DNA of 64,000 bases from the human T2T-CHM13v2.0 reference genome, Homo sapiens, in the NCBI RefSeq assembly GCF_009914755.1, contig NC_060936.1; one strand, 5' to 3'. A model generated the notes under the pieces. That model was not told where the DNA came from. It made no database searches and was given only the letters and a program-made list of their open reading frames with translations. The translations under genes and the position numbers were made by a program. Of the stretch, positions 44,290 to 61,220 are shown piece after piece. Within the stretch, counting starts at the first letter, position 1; the number at the start of each line of letters is the position of its first letter.

Positions 44290-45370
44290 AGTAGTTCAAG
44301 AGCATGAGCCCTTTAACTGGAGTCAGAATCCCAACTCTGCCTTTTTTAACAAAGTTGCCTTGGCAAAGTCTTACAGTTTCCTCATCTGCAAAATTAGAAT
44401 AGTAATAGTATCTGCTTCAAGGTTTTGTTGGTAGTTGTGAATGAAATAATAAAATCAATAAATAACTTTGATTAAAATGTATCAAACCACCAATGACATT
44501 CTTAACATAATGAGAAAAAAACTATTTTAAAATTCATATGGGACCAAAAAAAAAAAAATGGCCCAAATAGCCAAGGCAATTCTAAGCATAAAGAACAAAG
44601 TTGGAAGCATCACATTACCTGACTTCAAGCTATATACTACAAGGCTACAGTAACCAAAACAGCATGGTACTGGTGCTACAGTAGACACATAGACAAGCAG
44701 AACAGAGTAGAGAGCTCAGAAATAAAGCCACATGTCTACAACCATTTGATCTTCGCCAAACCTGACAAAAACAAGCAACGGGAAAAGTACTCCCTATTCA
44801 ATAAATGGTGCTGGGATAACTGGCTAGCCATATGCAGAAAATTGAAACTGGACCCCTTCCTTACACCATATACAAAAAATCAACTCAAGAAGGATTAAAG
44901 ACTTAAATATAAAACCTAAATCCATAAAAACCCTGGAAGAAAACCTAGGAAATACCACTCTGGACATAGAACTAGACAAAGATTTCCTGATGAAGATGCC
45001 AAAAACAATTGCAACAAAACCAAAAATTGACAAACGGGACCTAATTAAACTAAAGAGCTTCTGCACAGCCAAAAAACAGAACAAAAACAAAAACAAAAAA
45101 AAAAACAAAAAAAAAACCATCAACAGAGTAAACAGACAACCTACAGAATGGGAGAAAATATTTGCAAAGTATGCATCTGACAAAGGTCTAATCCCAAATC
45201 TATAAAAAACTTTTAAAAAATTACAAGCAAAAAAACCAAACAACCCCATTAAAAATGAGGAACATAACATGAATAAAATGATTCATTTCAAAAAGATGAT
45301 TCATTTCATAAAGCACTTAGTCTAGTGTCTAAAAGCCTAAGTGATCAATCAATGTAGCCATTATTACTAC
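44290..45370 (+). mobile_element. MIR split by an internal L1 ORF2 fragment
   Basis: MIR core cagtttcctcatctgcaaaatt at about 44375; MIR tail taaagcacttag...ccattattac at 45309-45368. Confidence 0.7.
44480..45275 (+). mobile_element. L1P ORF2 internal fragment with no 3'UTR or poly(A)
   Basis: Peptide [27 protein letters not shown]...[16 protein letters not shown]. Confidence 0.9.
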
Positions 45371-46035
45371 TCAGTAATTTTTAAAATGAGATAAATGTGC
45401 AAGTACTGATATGTTAAGCTAAAACAATAAACAAAGGGAAGAATAATATGTGATGTATGTTCATATCTGTGTGAAAAAAGTATGCACTCAAATTATATAT
45501 TCCTGGAATATTTCTAGAAGATATTATTAGAAACATTTGGTGTTTAACACTGGGAAATGAGATCATATTCTCTTTTGCTTTGCTTGATTTAAAAAAATTA
45601 TATGTACATGTGATTTTCAGGGAAAAAATATAGTTTGTGAATCTACCACCTGAGGAAAGAGATGATACCATTTCAAATACAAATGAGCTTTGATTTTTAT
45701 TTCTGGCACTACTGTGTAGAAATTTGCATACCCCAGGTGAAATTGGAAATGGTGAAATCCCAAGAATAATCTCTGTAATGAATCATACAAATGCAACTGA
45801 AAACATGCCAAATGTCAGGTAAAACTAAATAGGAACCACCTTTGTACAAATCCTCAAAAAAAGACCTAGATGATCTAGATCAGAAGTCAACAAGAAGTCA
45901 AAAGAAGTGGAATGTAGTTCACCAATAAGAAGATGACAAAGAGGAGAATGTTCACCTAGACTCGAACCCTTGAACCATTTATCTTTCTCTTGTTCTATCA
46001 TGCTTACTGTTTCTGTAAAGAAGCCATCAACAAGT

Positions 46036-46367
<332 letters not shown>

Positions 46368-46649
46368 CTAATTACCCTTAAATCCACACTATTTTTCTAC
46401 GTCCATAATCACTAAGCTAGTTCAAGCTTCATCAGCTCATACCTATGTTACATATTTAAATAATCTCCAAACTCCCATCTAATTTAGCTCCATTTTAACC
46501 AGGAGTTCCCATCATTCTGAATACTAAAACATTTTTTTCGAAGTAAAAATTTTTACAGATTCTCTAAGTGATAATATTAGGATTAATTTAGGAATGTAGA
46601 CAGTATAATAAATGACTTTCTTATTTACTCTCTAAATTATAGATAAGAG

Positions 46650-46840
46650 TCCAGGGTTCAAGAAACCAACCAGAGATTTTAAACATTTAGGCTTTGCAGG
46701 CCACATGGTCTCTGTTGTAACTACTCAGTATTGGTGTTGTAGCACAGAAGCAGCCACGTACAATATGTAAATAGAAAAGCTTGTCCAGATTTGGCCTGCA
46801 GTGAGTCAGAACTGTCCTAGTGACCACAGATTGCCAGACT
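46650..46840. mobile_element. MER58A-like hAT MITE
   Basis: ttaggctttgcaggccacatggtctctgttgtaactactcag...gtagcacagaagcagcca. Confidence 0.75.
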
Positions 46841-47923
46841 GTGGCAAAGAGGTCATGCAAAAGAGTTTAAAACATCAGTAAGGCTAGTGATGAAGCAGAT
46901 ACTGGTTTAGGCCCTTGGCAGTGTAGGCTTCCTACTCCTACACTCTAGAACTACATAGACTGGCATCAGGTCTCCCAAGCGAGTTCTTTATTGCTAGGCT
47001 TACCTTACATACTTTCTGCAGGTGAGAAGATCACAAAGAGAATAAGTGACACAAGCTCAGTTTCTGCTCCCAAGTTTAGGAGTCAGTTAACTTCCCTGAG
47101 AAAAGAACAGGAACAGAGAGAAGCCCAGTCACACTTATCCATAACTCTCCACGTGAAAATACAAAGTCAGGGGAAAGAATCTCACTTTCCTTGCCCAACT
47201 GCAACAGGTAAGTTGTACCACTGTATTAAAAAAATCAGCAAAAAGCAAAAGTGATTTTCCATTTTTATTAATCACAACAAAACTTATGCAAATTTTAAAA
47301 TAATAAATATGGACATGGATATGTAAAACCTACCATTTATTTAATCTACAGACAGAGGTTAGTATCTGTATGGATTTTCAAGCCCTTTTCAGCAACCCCA
47401 TAGTGGCCCACTTGAGATCCACAGCTTCATACCACTTCTAAAAGGTAGGGACTATTATAACCCTCACAGTATAGTACTGTCAGAGGACAATCATGATCAT
47501 CCAATAAATATTTGTTGAATAAAAATATGAATTTTATACTAATTTATTCTTTAAAGCTTTCAAAGCCTCTCCAAGGATACCTTTTAATACAAACCCTCTC
47601 TTCCCATATGCCTGATATACTCAGTAGCCTCCATCCTGAATGACATATTCCTGCCTCTGTCTTCTTGCTTATGTTCTCCTTATTCCCTCTGAGTAGCAGG
47701 GCCCTCCCAGGCCTATAGAAATTCTCCCTTTCCTTCATAGGCAATCATAAATTCTACTTAGTCCAGTAAGAATTTTGTGGCTACACTTGACTACATAGCT
47801 TGCTTTCTTCTCTGAACCTAAAAACAACAGTAATATTCTGTTTGATATTAAATCAGTATCTCATGACACATTAGCTTTTCAGGACTGCATTTATAATCAA
47901 TATTTTTATTGTTAGCTACTTTT

Positions 47924-50364
<2,441 letters not shown>

Positions 50365-51317
50365 TTAGCTACTTTTTAGATTCTACCCTCCCAGTGAGCT
50401 AGTGCTCCATTTGGTGTTTCATTTGTGTGTGTGTGCACGCTTCTATTTTATGCTTCACAGAAATCCATACAATTCCTACACAGAGTAGACTTTCAAAATA
50501 TTGAATTATTTATGTTAAATGACTCAATTAATTAACAAAAGAATGGATAAATAAATAACATAAATGACCAATATTAATAAAAATTAAGTCTTAAAAATAT
50601 GGAGAAAAACTTGAATGGCCTCCCAAAACCTTCCAATCCCTGTGCTATTTTAACAGAAACATTAATTATTTTTAAAAAACCCTCTTTGTAGTCATTTACT
50701 TCACAGAGACAAGAAATATGGTAACATAAAGGTAAATAATATAAATCTGTGACTTGAATCCTTGAAAAATCTGGAACAACAAAAATATTGACAAATAATA
50801 TCATTGTTTAAAATACTGAAGAAGAATATATTGCAATGACAATATGAAAATATGTTTTGGTATCTCCAGTCTCAGTCTTGTTAGAAGTATGTTCAGAAGT
50901 GAACAACTGAATGAGAAGTGAAGTGCTCATAGGGGAAGGATAAGTCCAGAAATCTGAATTTAGTCCCACATAGCAATGAATGTTTCTCAATTATACAAAT
51001 TACAGTCACCACTTCAGTGATAATCATGTCATTTGCCATTTATTGTTTTCACTCATCAAGGGATAAAGAAAAATAAAAGATGAAAGTTACTTGAAAAATA
51101 ATGATGAATCCATATGCTGAGAGAAAAGCATTGTGTTCTAAATGACAACCAACACCTGAACCCAGGACTCACTTATTTGGTTAATTAATATACATTCGAG
51201 GCTGTGAAATTGTCATTTCTACACATAATAATTAAACACCATTAATGGAAACACCTAAAATAACTACATTTGCTTTCTCAGAGAATTACACATTAGGAAA
51301 GTAAGTTAATGTGATAA

Positions 51318-51670
<353 letters not shown>

Positions 51671-51849
51671 CTTTTTAAAAAATTAACGTGATTTAGGAGG
51701 CCACTTGAAGATATTCAGCTTTTGATGGCATAAAATTCTGGCTTTAATAACCAACCACTAGTTATTTAATATGATTGTGTACCTGCAAAAAGCTTAAGAA
51801 ACTTTTAGCTAAATGAAGGAATTCTTTAAGAAGACAAAATAAGAATTAG

Positions 51850-52390
51850 TCACATATCTGCTTTTCCACTATTCTTGTTACCATTACTCTACCAGCATCC
51901 CTGCAAAGCAGATCAGCAATATTTGTGTGTTTTGAAACTCCTCTGGTTTCCTGGCTTCTAAGATCCAGTCCATCACCAAGTCCCATGATTGGTCCACTCT
52001 TGTTGTCCCACGTCCATGTTAAACTAGGTTTCAGCATCACACATGCAGATTAATGTCACTGTCTCTGAACTCATCTCCCTTCTTGGACAGCTTCACTTCA
52101 TCCTATATACCACCATTAGAAGAATCTTTGAACACAATTATTCTCAAATTATTCCTAGCCCAAAAACTCAAATACTTTCTAAATAAATTTTATTCAAATC
52201 AAAACTCTCTAGCATAGCGCTGTATATCCCAACATGCCAATTTCACCTTCTTTATTTCATTTTCCATTCAACTGTATGCCAAGGCTCTACTTTGAGCTCA
52301 TCTGCTTGTTAGATCAGCTTAACACTGAATTTGAACATGCCTTACCTCACAATTCTACTTCTTCAAGTTCTTCACCTATTTTAAAAGCCA
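51850..52390 (+). mobile_element. L2 fragment
   Basis: ccagtccatcaccaagtccc...tataccaccattagaagaatcttt. Confidence 0.55.
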
Positions 52391-53075
52391 GTGAAGAAGC
52401 ACTTACAGAGGTAGAATAAGAATCTCCAGAACTCCACTCCTTCATAAAAGGCACAGGAACACTCAAAAAGTTGTCAAAATAAACTTTAGCACTTAACCAA
52501 AGGTTTGCAATAATCCATCAAGGATTTATTCAAGAAAATCATCAGAATTTTTGTGAAAACAGTTAACATTGTGTATTTAAATTTGCTCTAATCCCATTTC
52601 CATCTCCCCAGCTCCACAACAGTCTCACAATCACTCTTAAAACCAACATATACTAGAGGGCGTTAAATGGGTTTGGAGCTCTACAAACTGTCTTGCACTC
52701 ACAGAGAATTCATATTTGATGTATGCAGCAGCTCCCTGGAAAAGCTCCATTTATAGGACATGTCTTTATTTGACCTGATACAGAACTCACTCAGTGGGAA
52801 AGGCTCTGTTCTTAAGATGTTAGTCAAAATCAATCCTGACCCATAGAATGTACATCAAGAATGAACCCTAATGCAAACTATGAACTGAGGGTGATGATGA
52901 TGTGTCAATGTAGGTTCATCAATTGTAACAAATGTAGCACTCTGGTGGGGATGTTGATAATGGGGGAAGCTACACATATGTATGGGGGCAAGGGAGATAT
53001 GGGAAATCTCTGTACTTTCCTCTTAATTTTGCTATGAACCTAAAACTGCTCTAAAAAATTAGTCTTTATTATAAA
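52390..53075 (+). mobile_element. L1M 5'-region fragment joined to an L1MC-type 3' end
   Basis: atgaaccctaatgcaaactatgaactgagggtgatgatgatgtgtcaatgtaggttcatc resembles the L1MC 3'UTR. Confidence 0.65.
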
Positions 53076-53269
53076 CAAAACTATGTATTTTTCTACAATC
53101 AAATTTCTTCACAGCTATATGTTCTTAGCTCCTTTCATGCTTTTATGTGTTTGTATACCTTTTGTGTTCCAGTGGTTGGGAATAGTTTTGTGAAAATAAA
53201 AAATATTTCCATAAAGAAAAAAAGCTAGAAAAGTTGTTGCTATTAGACCTACTCTATAAGAAATATGAA

Positions 53270-55766
53270 ATTTTTATTTTAATTTAAATTTTGTGTAGGT
53301 ACACAGTAGGTGTATGTATTTATAGGGTACATGGGATGTTTTGATACAGGCATGCAATATGAAATAAGCACATTATGAAGAACGGGGTATCCAATCCCTC
53401 AAGCATTTACCCATTGAGTTTCAAACACTCCAATCACACTCTTTATTTTTAAATGTAGAGTTAAGTTATAATTTATTATAGTCACCCTGTTGTGCTATCA
53501 AATAGGTCTTACTCATTTTTTCTAAGTACTTTTGTACCCATTAACCCTCCCCACCTTAACCACAAACCCCACACTACCATTCCCAGCCTCTGGTAACCAT
53601 CCTCCAACTCTCTATCTCCATGAGTTTGTTTTGCTTTTTAGATCCCACAAATAAACAAAAACATTTGAAGTTTGTCTTTCTGTGCCTGGCCAATTTCACT
53701 TAACATAAAGATCTCCAGTTCCATCCATGTTGTTGCAAATGACTTGTCTAGATCTCATTATTTTTATGGCTGGATAGTACTCCATTGCGTATAAGTACCA
53801 CATTTTCTTTATCCATTCATCTGTTGATGGACGCTTTGGTTGCTTCCAAATCTTAGCTATTGTAAACAGTGCTACAATAAACATAGGAGTGCAGATATCT
53901 CTTCAACATACTGATTTCCTTTTCTTTGGGTATATATCCAGCAGTGGGATCGCTGGACCATATGGTAGTTCTATTTTTAGTTTTTTGAGGAACCTCCATA
54001 TTATCCTCCATAATGGTTGTACTAATTTACATTCCCACTAACAGTGTATAAGGTTTTCCTTTTTCTCTACATCCTCACCAGCACTTGTTATTGCCTGTCT
54101 TCTGAATTAAGCCATTTTAACTGGGTAAGATGATAGCTCATTGCAGTTTTCATTTATATTTCTCCAATGATCAATGATGTTGAACACCTTTTCATACGCC
54201 TGTTTTCCAGTTGTGTATGTCTTCTTGTGAGAAATGTATATTCAAATCTTTTGCTCATCTTTTGGCAAAGTTATTTTCCTATAGAGTTGTTCGCACACTC
54301 TATATATTCTGGTTATTAATCCCTTGTCAAATGAGTAGTTTGCAAATATTTTCTTCCATTCTGTGGGTTGTCCTTTCACTTTATTGATTGTATCCTCTGC
54401 TGTGCAGAAGCTTTTTAACTTGATGTAATCCCATTTTTCCATTTTTGCTGTGGTTGTCTGTGCTTATGGTATATTGCTCAAGAAATTTTTGCCCAGACCA
54501 ATGTCCTGGAGAATTTCCCCAAAGTTTTCTTATAGTAGTTTCATGGTTTGAGGGATTTGATTTAAGTCTTAATTCATTTTTATTTGATTTTTGTAATTAA
54601 TGACAAATAGGGGTCTTGTTTCATTATTCTGCATATAGATATCCAGTTTTCCCAGTACCATTTATTGAAGAGACTGTCTTTTCCCCAGTGTATGTTCTTG
54701 GCACTTTTGTCAAAAATGAGTTCACTCTAGGTGTGTTTATTTGTTTCTGTGTTCTCTATTCTTTTCCATTGGTCTATGTATATATTTTTATGACAGTGTC
54801 ATACTGTTTTGGTTATTGTAGCTTTGTAGTATAATTTGAAGTCAGGTAATGTGATTCCTCCAGTTTTGTTCTTTTTGCTTAGGATAGCTTTGGCTATTCT
54901 GGTTTTTTTGTGGTTCCATATACATTTTTGGATTATCTTTTCCTATTTCTGTGAAGAATGTTATTGGTATTTTGATAGGGATTTCATTGAATCTGTACAT
55001 TTCTTTGGGTAGTACAAACATTTTAATAATATTGAGTCTTCCAATCCATGAACACGGAATGTCTTTCCATTTTTCTGTGTCCTCTTCAATTTCTGTGTCA
55101 ATGGTTTATAGTTTTCATCATAGAGATCATTCACTTCTTTTCTTAATTCATTTGTTTTTAATCTTATGTGTGGCTATTGTAAATGGGATATTTTTATTTC
55201 TTTGTCACATTGTTCACTATTGGCACACAGAAATGCTACTGATTTTTGTATGTTAATTTTGTATCCTGCTACTTTACCAAATTTACTAGTTCTAATAGTT
55301 TTCTTGTGGAGCCTTTAGGTTTTTCTAAAATCATATCACCTGCAAACAAGGATAATTTGACTTACACCTTTCCAATATGGAGGCCCTTTATATCTTTCTG
55401 TTGTCTGATTGCTCTTGCTAGGACTTCCAGTACTACGTTGAATAATAGTGGTGACAGTGGGCATCCTTGTCATGTTCCAGATTTTAGAGAAAAGGCTTTC
55501 AGTTTTTCTCCATTCAATGTGCTACTAGCTATGGGTCTTTCATATATGGCTTTAATTATGTTGAGGTATGTTCCTTCTATTCTCAGTTTTTGAGGGTATT
55601 TTATCACGAAGAGATGTTGAATTTTATCAAATGCTTTTTCAGCATCAATCGAAATGGTCATATGGTTTTTATCCTTCATTCTGTTGATATGATATATCAC
55701 ATTGATTTGTGTACGTTGAATCATCCTTGCATCCCAGGGATAAATTTCACTTGATCATGATGAATG
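53270..55766 (-). mobile_element. 5'-truncated L1MA nested in an older L1
   Basis: ORF2 peptides at 53696-53884, 54242-54442 and 55470-55724; short TSD of about agaaata. Confidence 0.9.
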
Positions 55767-56371
55767 ATAGAAATACTAAATTATTAAAGGGAGGCTTTCT
55801 GGCTGAAAAGACAGTAAACAGTAATGCAAATTCACACTAAAAAACGTAAAAAGTGTGGGTAAAGGTAAATATAAGATAGTATAAATGTACTTTTATTTAT
55901 ACTCTTTTCACCACCCTTATGCCTTAAAAAATCAACTGCATAAAGCAATAATTACAAATCTCTGTTGATGTGCTTATATGAAGATGTAATTTGTACAAAA
56001 GCAACAATACAAATAAGGGAGGAGGAAATATTGGGGCAAAGTTTTTTTGTATATTATTGAAACAAACTGTTGATATTAATTCAAAATAGATTATTTTAAG
56101 TTAAAAAATCAATTATAACCTCTAGAATACCAACTAAAAAATAACTCTTAAAAATATGTATGAAAAACATAAAGGAAATTAAAAGAATAAACTAGAAAAT
56201 ATCTATTTAATACAAAGGAAGGCAGTAATGGAGGTATAGAGGGACAATAATGATATAAGAAATATTAGAAACAAATAGCAAGATGGCAGGCATAAATACT
56301 ACCTTATCAACAATTACATTAAATGTAAGTAGATTCAACACTCCAAACAAAGAGATGAGCAGAATGGACTC

Positions 56372-56533
56372 TTCTGTTTTTGTTTGTTTTAGGTTTTGCT
56401 TTTTTGTTTTCTTATAGACAGGGCCTTGCTGTGTTGCCCAGGCTGGTTTCAAATTCCTGGCCTCAAGGGATCCTTCTGCCTCACTCTGCCTGCCACAAAA
56501 TGCTGAGATTACAGACAAGCCACTGAGCCAAGC
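56372..56533 (-). mobile_element. Alu monomer (FLAM-like)
   Basis: Single antisense Alu arm. Confidence 0.8.
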
Positions 56534-58240
56534 CAGATAAATTTTGTTCAAAAAATGATCCACATGTTGTCCATAAAAGATACACTTAATATTCAAAGAC
56601 ATTAATAGGTTGAAAGTAAAAATATGAAAAAAAGATACATCATGCAAATAACAACCAAAAGATAACTTCAGTGACTATACTAATATTGAACAAATAGACT
56701 TTGAGACAAAACTTGTCACTAGAGACAAAAAAAAAGACATTTTATAAAGATAAAACAGTCAGTCAGGAAGACACAACAAGCATAAACATATATACACCTA
56801 AAAATAGGGCCTCCAAAACATGAAACAAAAAGTAACAGAATTGAAGGGAGAAATAGACAATTAAAAAATAATAGTTGGAGACTTCAATATCACATTTTCA
56901 ATAATGAATAGAACAATTAGGCAGAACATCAACCAGCAAACAGAAGACTTAAATAATACCATAAGCCAAGTAGACCTAACAGACATCTATAGACTACTCT
57001 ACCAAACAACAGCAGAATGTGCGTTCTTCTTAAGTACACGTGAAACATCCTGCAGAATAGACCATGCAATATGAGACTTGCCATAAACAAGTCTCAATAC
57101 ATTTTAAATGTTTTATGTCATACAAGGTATGTTCTCTGACCATAATAGAAAAAAATTAGAAAACAATAAAAATGAAAATTGAGAAATTCATGAATATGTG
57201 GAAATAGTCAACATGCTCCTTAATTAGCAATGTGCCAAAGAAGAATTCTGAAGGGATATTAAAAATAATTTCAAATGAATGAAGACAAAAACACAACATA
57301 CCAAAGCTTATGGAATGCCGCAGTGCTTAGAGAGAAATTTATAGCTGTAAGCCTATTTTTAAAAAGACATAAGTCAATTATAACCTTTAGTATTAAGAAA
57401 CTAGAAAGAAATATAAATTGAAAGCAAGCAGAAAAGAGGAAATAATAAGAGCAAAAATAAATGCAAATAAAGAATAGAAAAACAATAAAGAAATTCAAAG
57501 AAATGTAAGTTGGTTCTTTGAAAAAAAATACAATTGACAAAATTTCAGGTAGACTGAACAAAAAAAAAGAGAGAGAAGACTCAAATTACTAAAATCAGGA
57601 ATGAAAGAGAAGCTATCACTACCAACTTTACAGAAATAAAAAAGTTTATAAGGAATACTATGAATAACTCCATGCCAACAAAACAGATAGGCTAGCTGAA
57701 ATAAACAAAATCCTACCAAAACTGACTTAAGAAAAAATAAAAATATCTGCGTAGACCTATAACAAGTAAGAGATTGAATTTGTAATTTCAAAACTTTCCA
57801 TATATTACGGCCAGGCTCAGATGGCTTCAAAGGTGAATTAAACCAAACATTTAAAGAAGACAATAACAATCCCTCACAAATGCTTCTTTAAAAAAAACAA
57901 ACAAACAAAAAACACAAAAAAGGAAACACTTTCAAATTCATTTTAGGAATCTTGTATTACACTAATATCAAAACCATATAAACACATCACAAGAAAAGTA
58001 GACATCAACATCCCTTATAAATGTAGACACAACAACCTTCCACAAAATGCTGGCAAACTAAATGCAACAACATACAAAATAATTATATATCATGACCAAG
58101 TGCCTCAGGAATACTTGGCTGGTTCAATATATGAAAAATCAACCAATATCATACACTATATTAATAGAATAAAGGACAAAATCCACAAAATCATCTCAAC
58201 AGACACAGAGAGTGCATTTGACAAAATGTAACATGCTTCT

Positions 58241-58582
<342 letters not shown>

Positions 58583-61009
58583 CTAAATCTGATAAAGGCG
58601 TCTATGAAAAACCTACAGCTAAGATTCTATTTAATGGTGAAAAACTGAATATTTCCCCCTAAGATCAGAAACAAGAAATGGATGTCACTCACTATTTCCA
58701 TTCAACATTGTACTGAAGGTTCTAGTCAGGGCAATAGATAGGAAAAACAAACAGCATCCAGATTGGAAAGAAAGAAGTAAAACTATCTTAATTTGTAGAT
58801 GACATGAACTTACATATGTAGAACAATCCTAAAGAAGCCACAAACTTTATTTGAAATAATGGACAAGTTCAGCAAGTTTGCAGATACAAGGACAATACTA
58901 AAAAAACCAATTGTATTTCTATATGGTAGTAATGGGAAATGCAAAATTAAATTTAAATAAAATTTCATTTACAATAGAATAAAATAAATTACTTAGACAT
59001 GAACTTCACAAAAAAAATCTAAGATTTGTACACTAAAAATTTAAAAACATAGTTGAAATAAATTAAAGAAGGCATAAATAAGTGGTAAGACATTGCATGG
59101 TCATGGGTTAGAAGACACAATATTTTTTAAATGGCAATAATCTCCACCAAATTGATCAACAGGTTCATCAAAATCCCTATAAAAAAAATCCGTGGTGCTT
59201 TTTTTCACAGAAATTGAAAAGCTGGTTCTAACATTTATTTATATGGAAACAGAAGGAACTCAGAATAGCCAAAAAATTTTGAAAACTTTGAACAAAGTGG
59301 GAGGAGTCACTCTTCCCAATTTCAAAGACTACTAAAAAGCTACAATAATAAAGACAGTGTGGTACAGCATAAGAATAGTCATATAGATCAATAGAAAAAA
59401 TAGTTTTTTCAACAAATGGTGCTGGGATAACTGGATATCTATCCACATGCAAAAGAATGAAGTTGAATACCTACCTCATATAATGTACAAAAATGAACTC
59501 AAAATGAATCAAACGCCTAAACGAAAGGGTAAACTCTACAAAACTCTTGGGGAAGAAGTATAGATAAATCTTCATGACCTTGGATAGGGTAATGGTTTCT
59601 TAGATATAACACCAAAATAACAAGTAACAAAAGAAATAAATAAACTGAATTTTGTCAAAATTTAAAACTTTTATGCTTCAAAGGACATCAAGAAAGTAAA
59701 AAGACATTCACAGACTAGGAGAACGTATTTAAAAATCATATATTTGATATGGGACTTGTATTCAGACCATATGAAGAACTCATAATTAACAATAAAAAGA
59801 CAAATTATCCAATTTAAAAGTGGGCAAAGGAATAAGTATTTCTCTAAAGAAGATCTACAAATGGCCAATAAGCACATAAAAATACTAAACATCATTAGTC
59901 ATTAGAGAAATGCAAATCAAAACCACAATAAGAAACCACTTCTCACCACTAAGGTGATTAAAATAAAAAAGACTAACAATAGCAAAAGTTGGCAAGGATA
60001 TGGAAAAATTGGAACCTTCATACATTGCTGGTGGTATTGTAAAATAGTGTAACCACTTTGGAAAATAGTTCGGCAGTTCCTTAAACTGTTAAATATAGAG
60101 TTACCATATGACTCCAATATTCTACCTCTAGTTATATATAACAAAGAAATTTGAAAACAAATGTTCATACAAAAACTTGCACATAAATGCTCATAGCAGC
60201 ATTGCTCAAAATAGTCAAAAAGGGTGAACAACCCAAATGCCTACCAATTGATGAATGGAGAAACACAGAATTGAATATTATTTTGTAATAAAAAGGAATG
60301 AAGTACTGATATATTTTACTATATGGATAAATTTTGAAAACATTATGCTGTGATACATTCTACAACATAAATAAACTTTAAAAACATTATGCTAAGTGAG
60401 AAAAAAACAGATAGAAAAGGCCACATATTACACGATTTCATTTATATGGCATATGCAGAATAGACAAATTGATAAAGGTGTATGCCAACTTAGTGGTAGA
60501 AAAAAGGAAGGCCAATATGGGACACCGAAGCTAATAAGACATGAGTAGGATTAAATTTTCAGTCTAGTAACACATGAGGAATGCCTGTGGCAAAGCAAGA
60601 CCAAGATAAATGACATAAGAAGACAAATAAAATTGCAACTTCACTGGGAATGAGATATGGTAGTTGAATTTGAAGATTCTGCCACTATGTTTCACAAAAT
60701 ATATAGAGAGAAACATATATAAATACATAGACATATGAACCCCTGTGAAATTGTGTGTTGTAAGAAAAAGAAAAATAATAAAATTCTTTAAAAAAAAACT
60801 ACCTTGTGTTTGGATTGTGCCAACCACCACATGGTAATATCTGAATAAGTCTGGGTAATATGTGAATGAGCATACAGTTTGTTGGCATGAACAAATATTG
60901 AAATCAATAAGTTATACCAGTTATGAAGTATTTCAATTCTCACTCCTGATTCTGATATCAGTGACAGTCAATGTAGTAGGTTTTTAAATTCCAATCTGCC
61001 TTAGGTGTT

Positions 61010-61220
61010 CAGATCCATTTTCTGGAGCAGGTTTGAAGTCTGACAGTCCCTACCCGGACTCTGGTTCCTATGCTTTATTATGTGCAGCAAGTCACTGAAA
61101 CTGCGAGATTTCTTCATGTATAAAATCAGAATGATAATATGTTTCTCAAAAGTTTGTTTCAAGAACGAAACAAAATGTCCTGTGTAAAAGATCTAATACC
61201 ACTTCCAGAACACAGTATGA
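61010..61220 (+). mobile_element. MIR
   Basis: gatttcttcatgtataaaatcagaatgataat. Confidence 0.6.
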
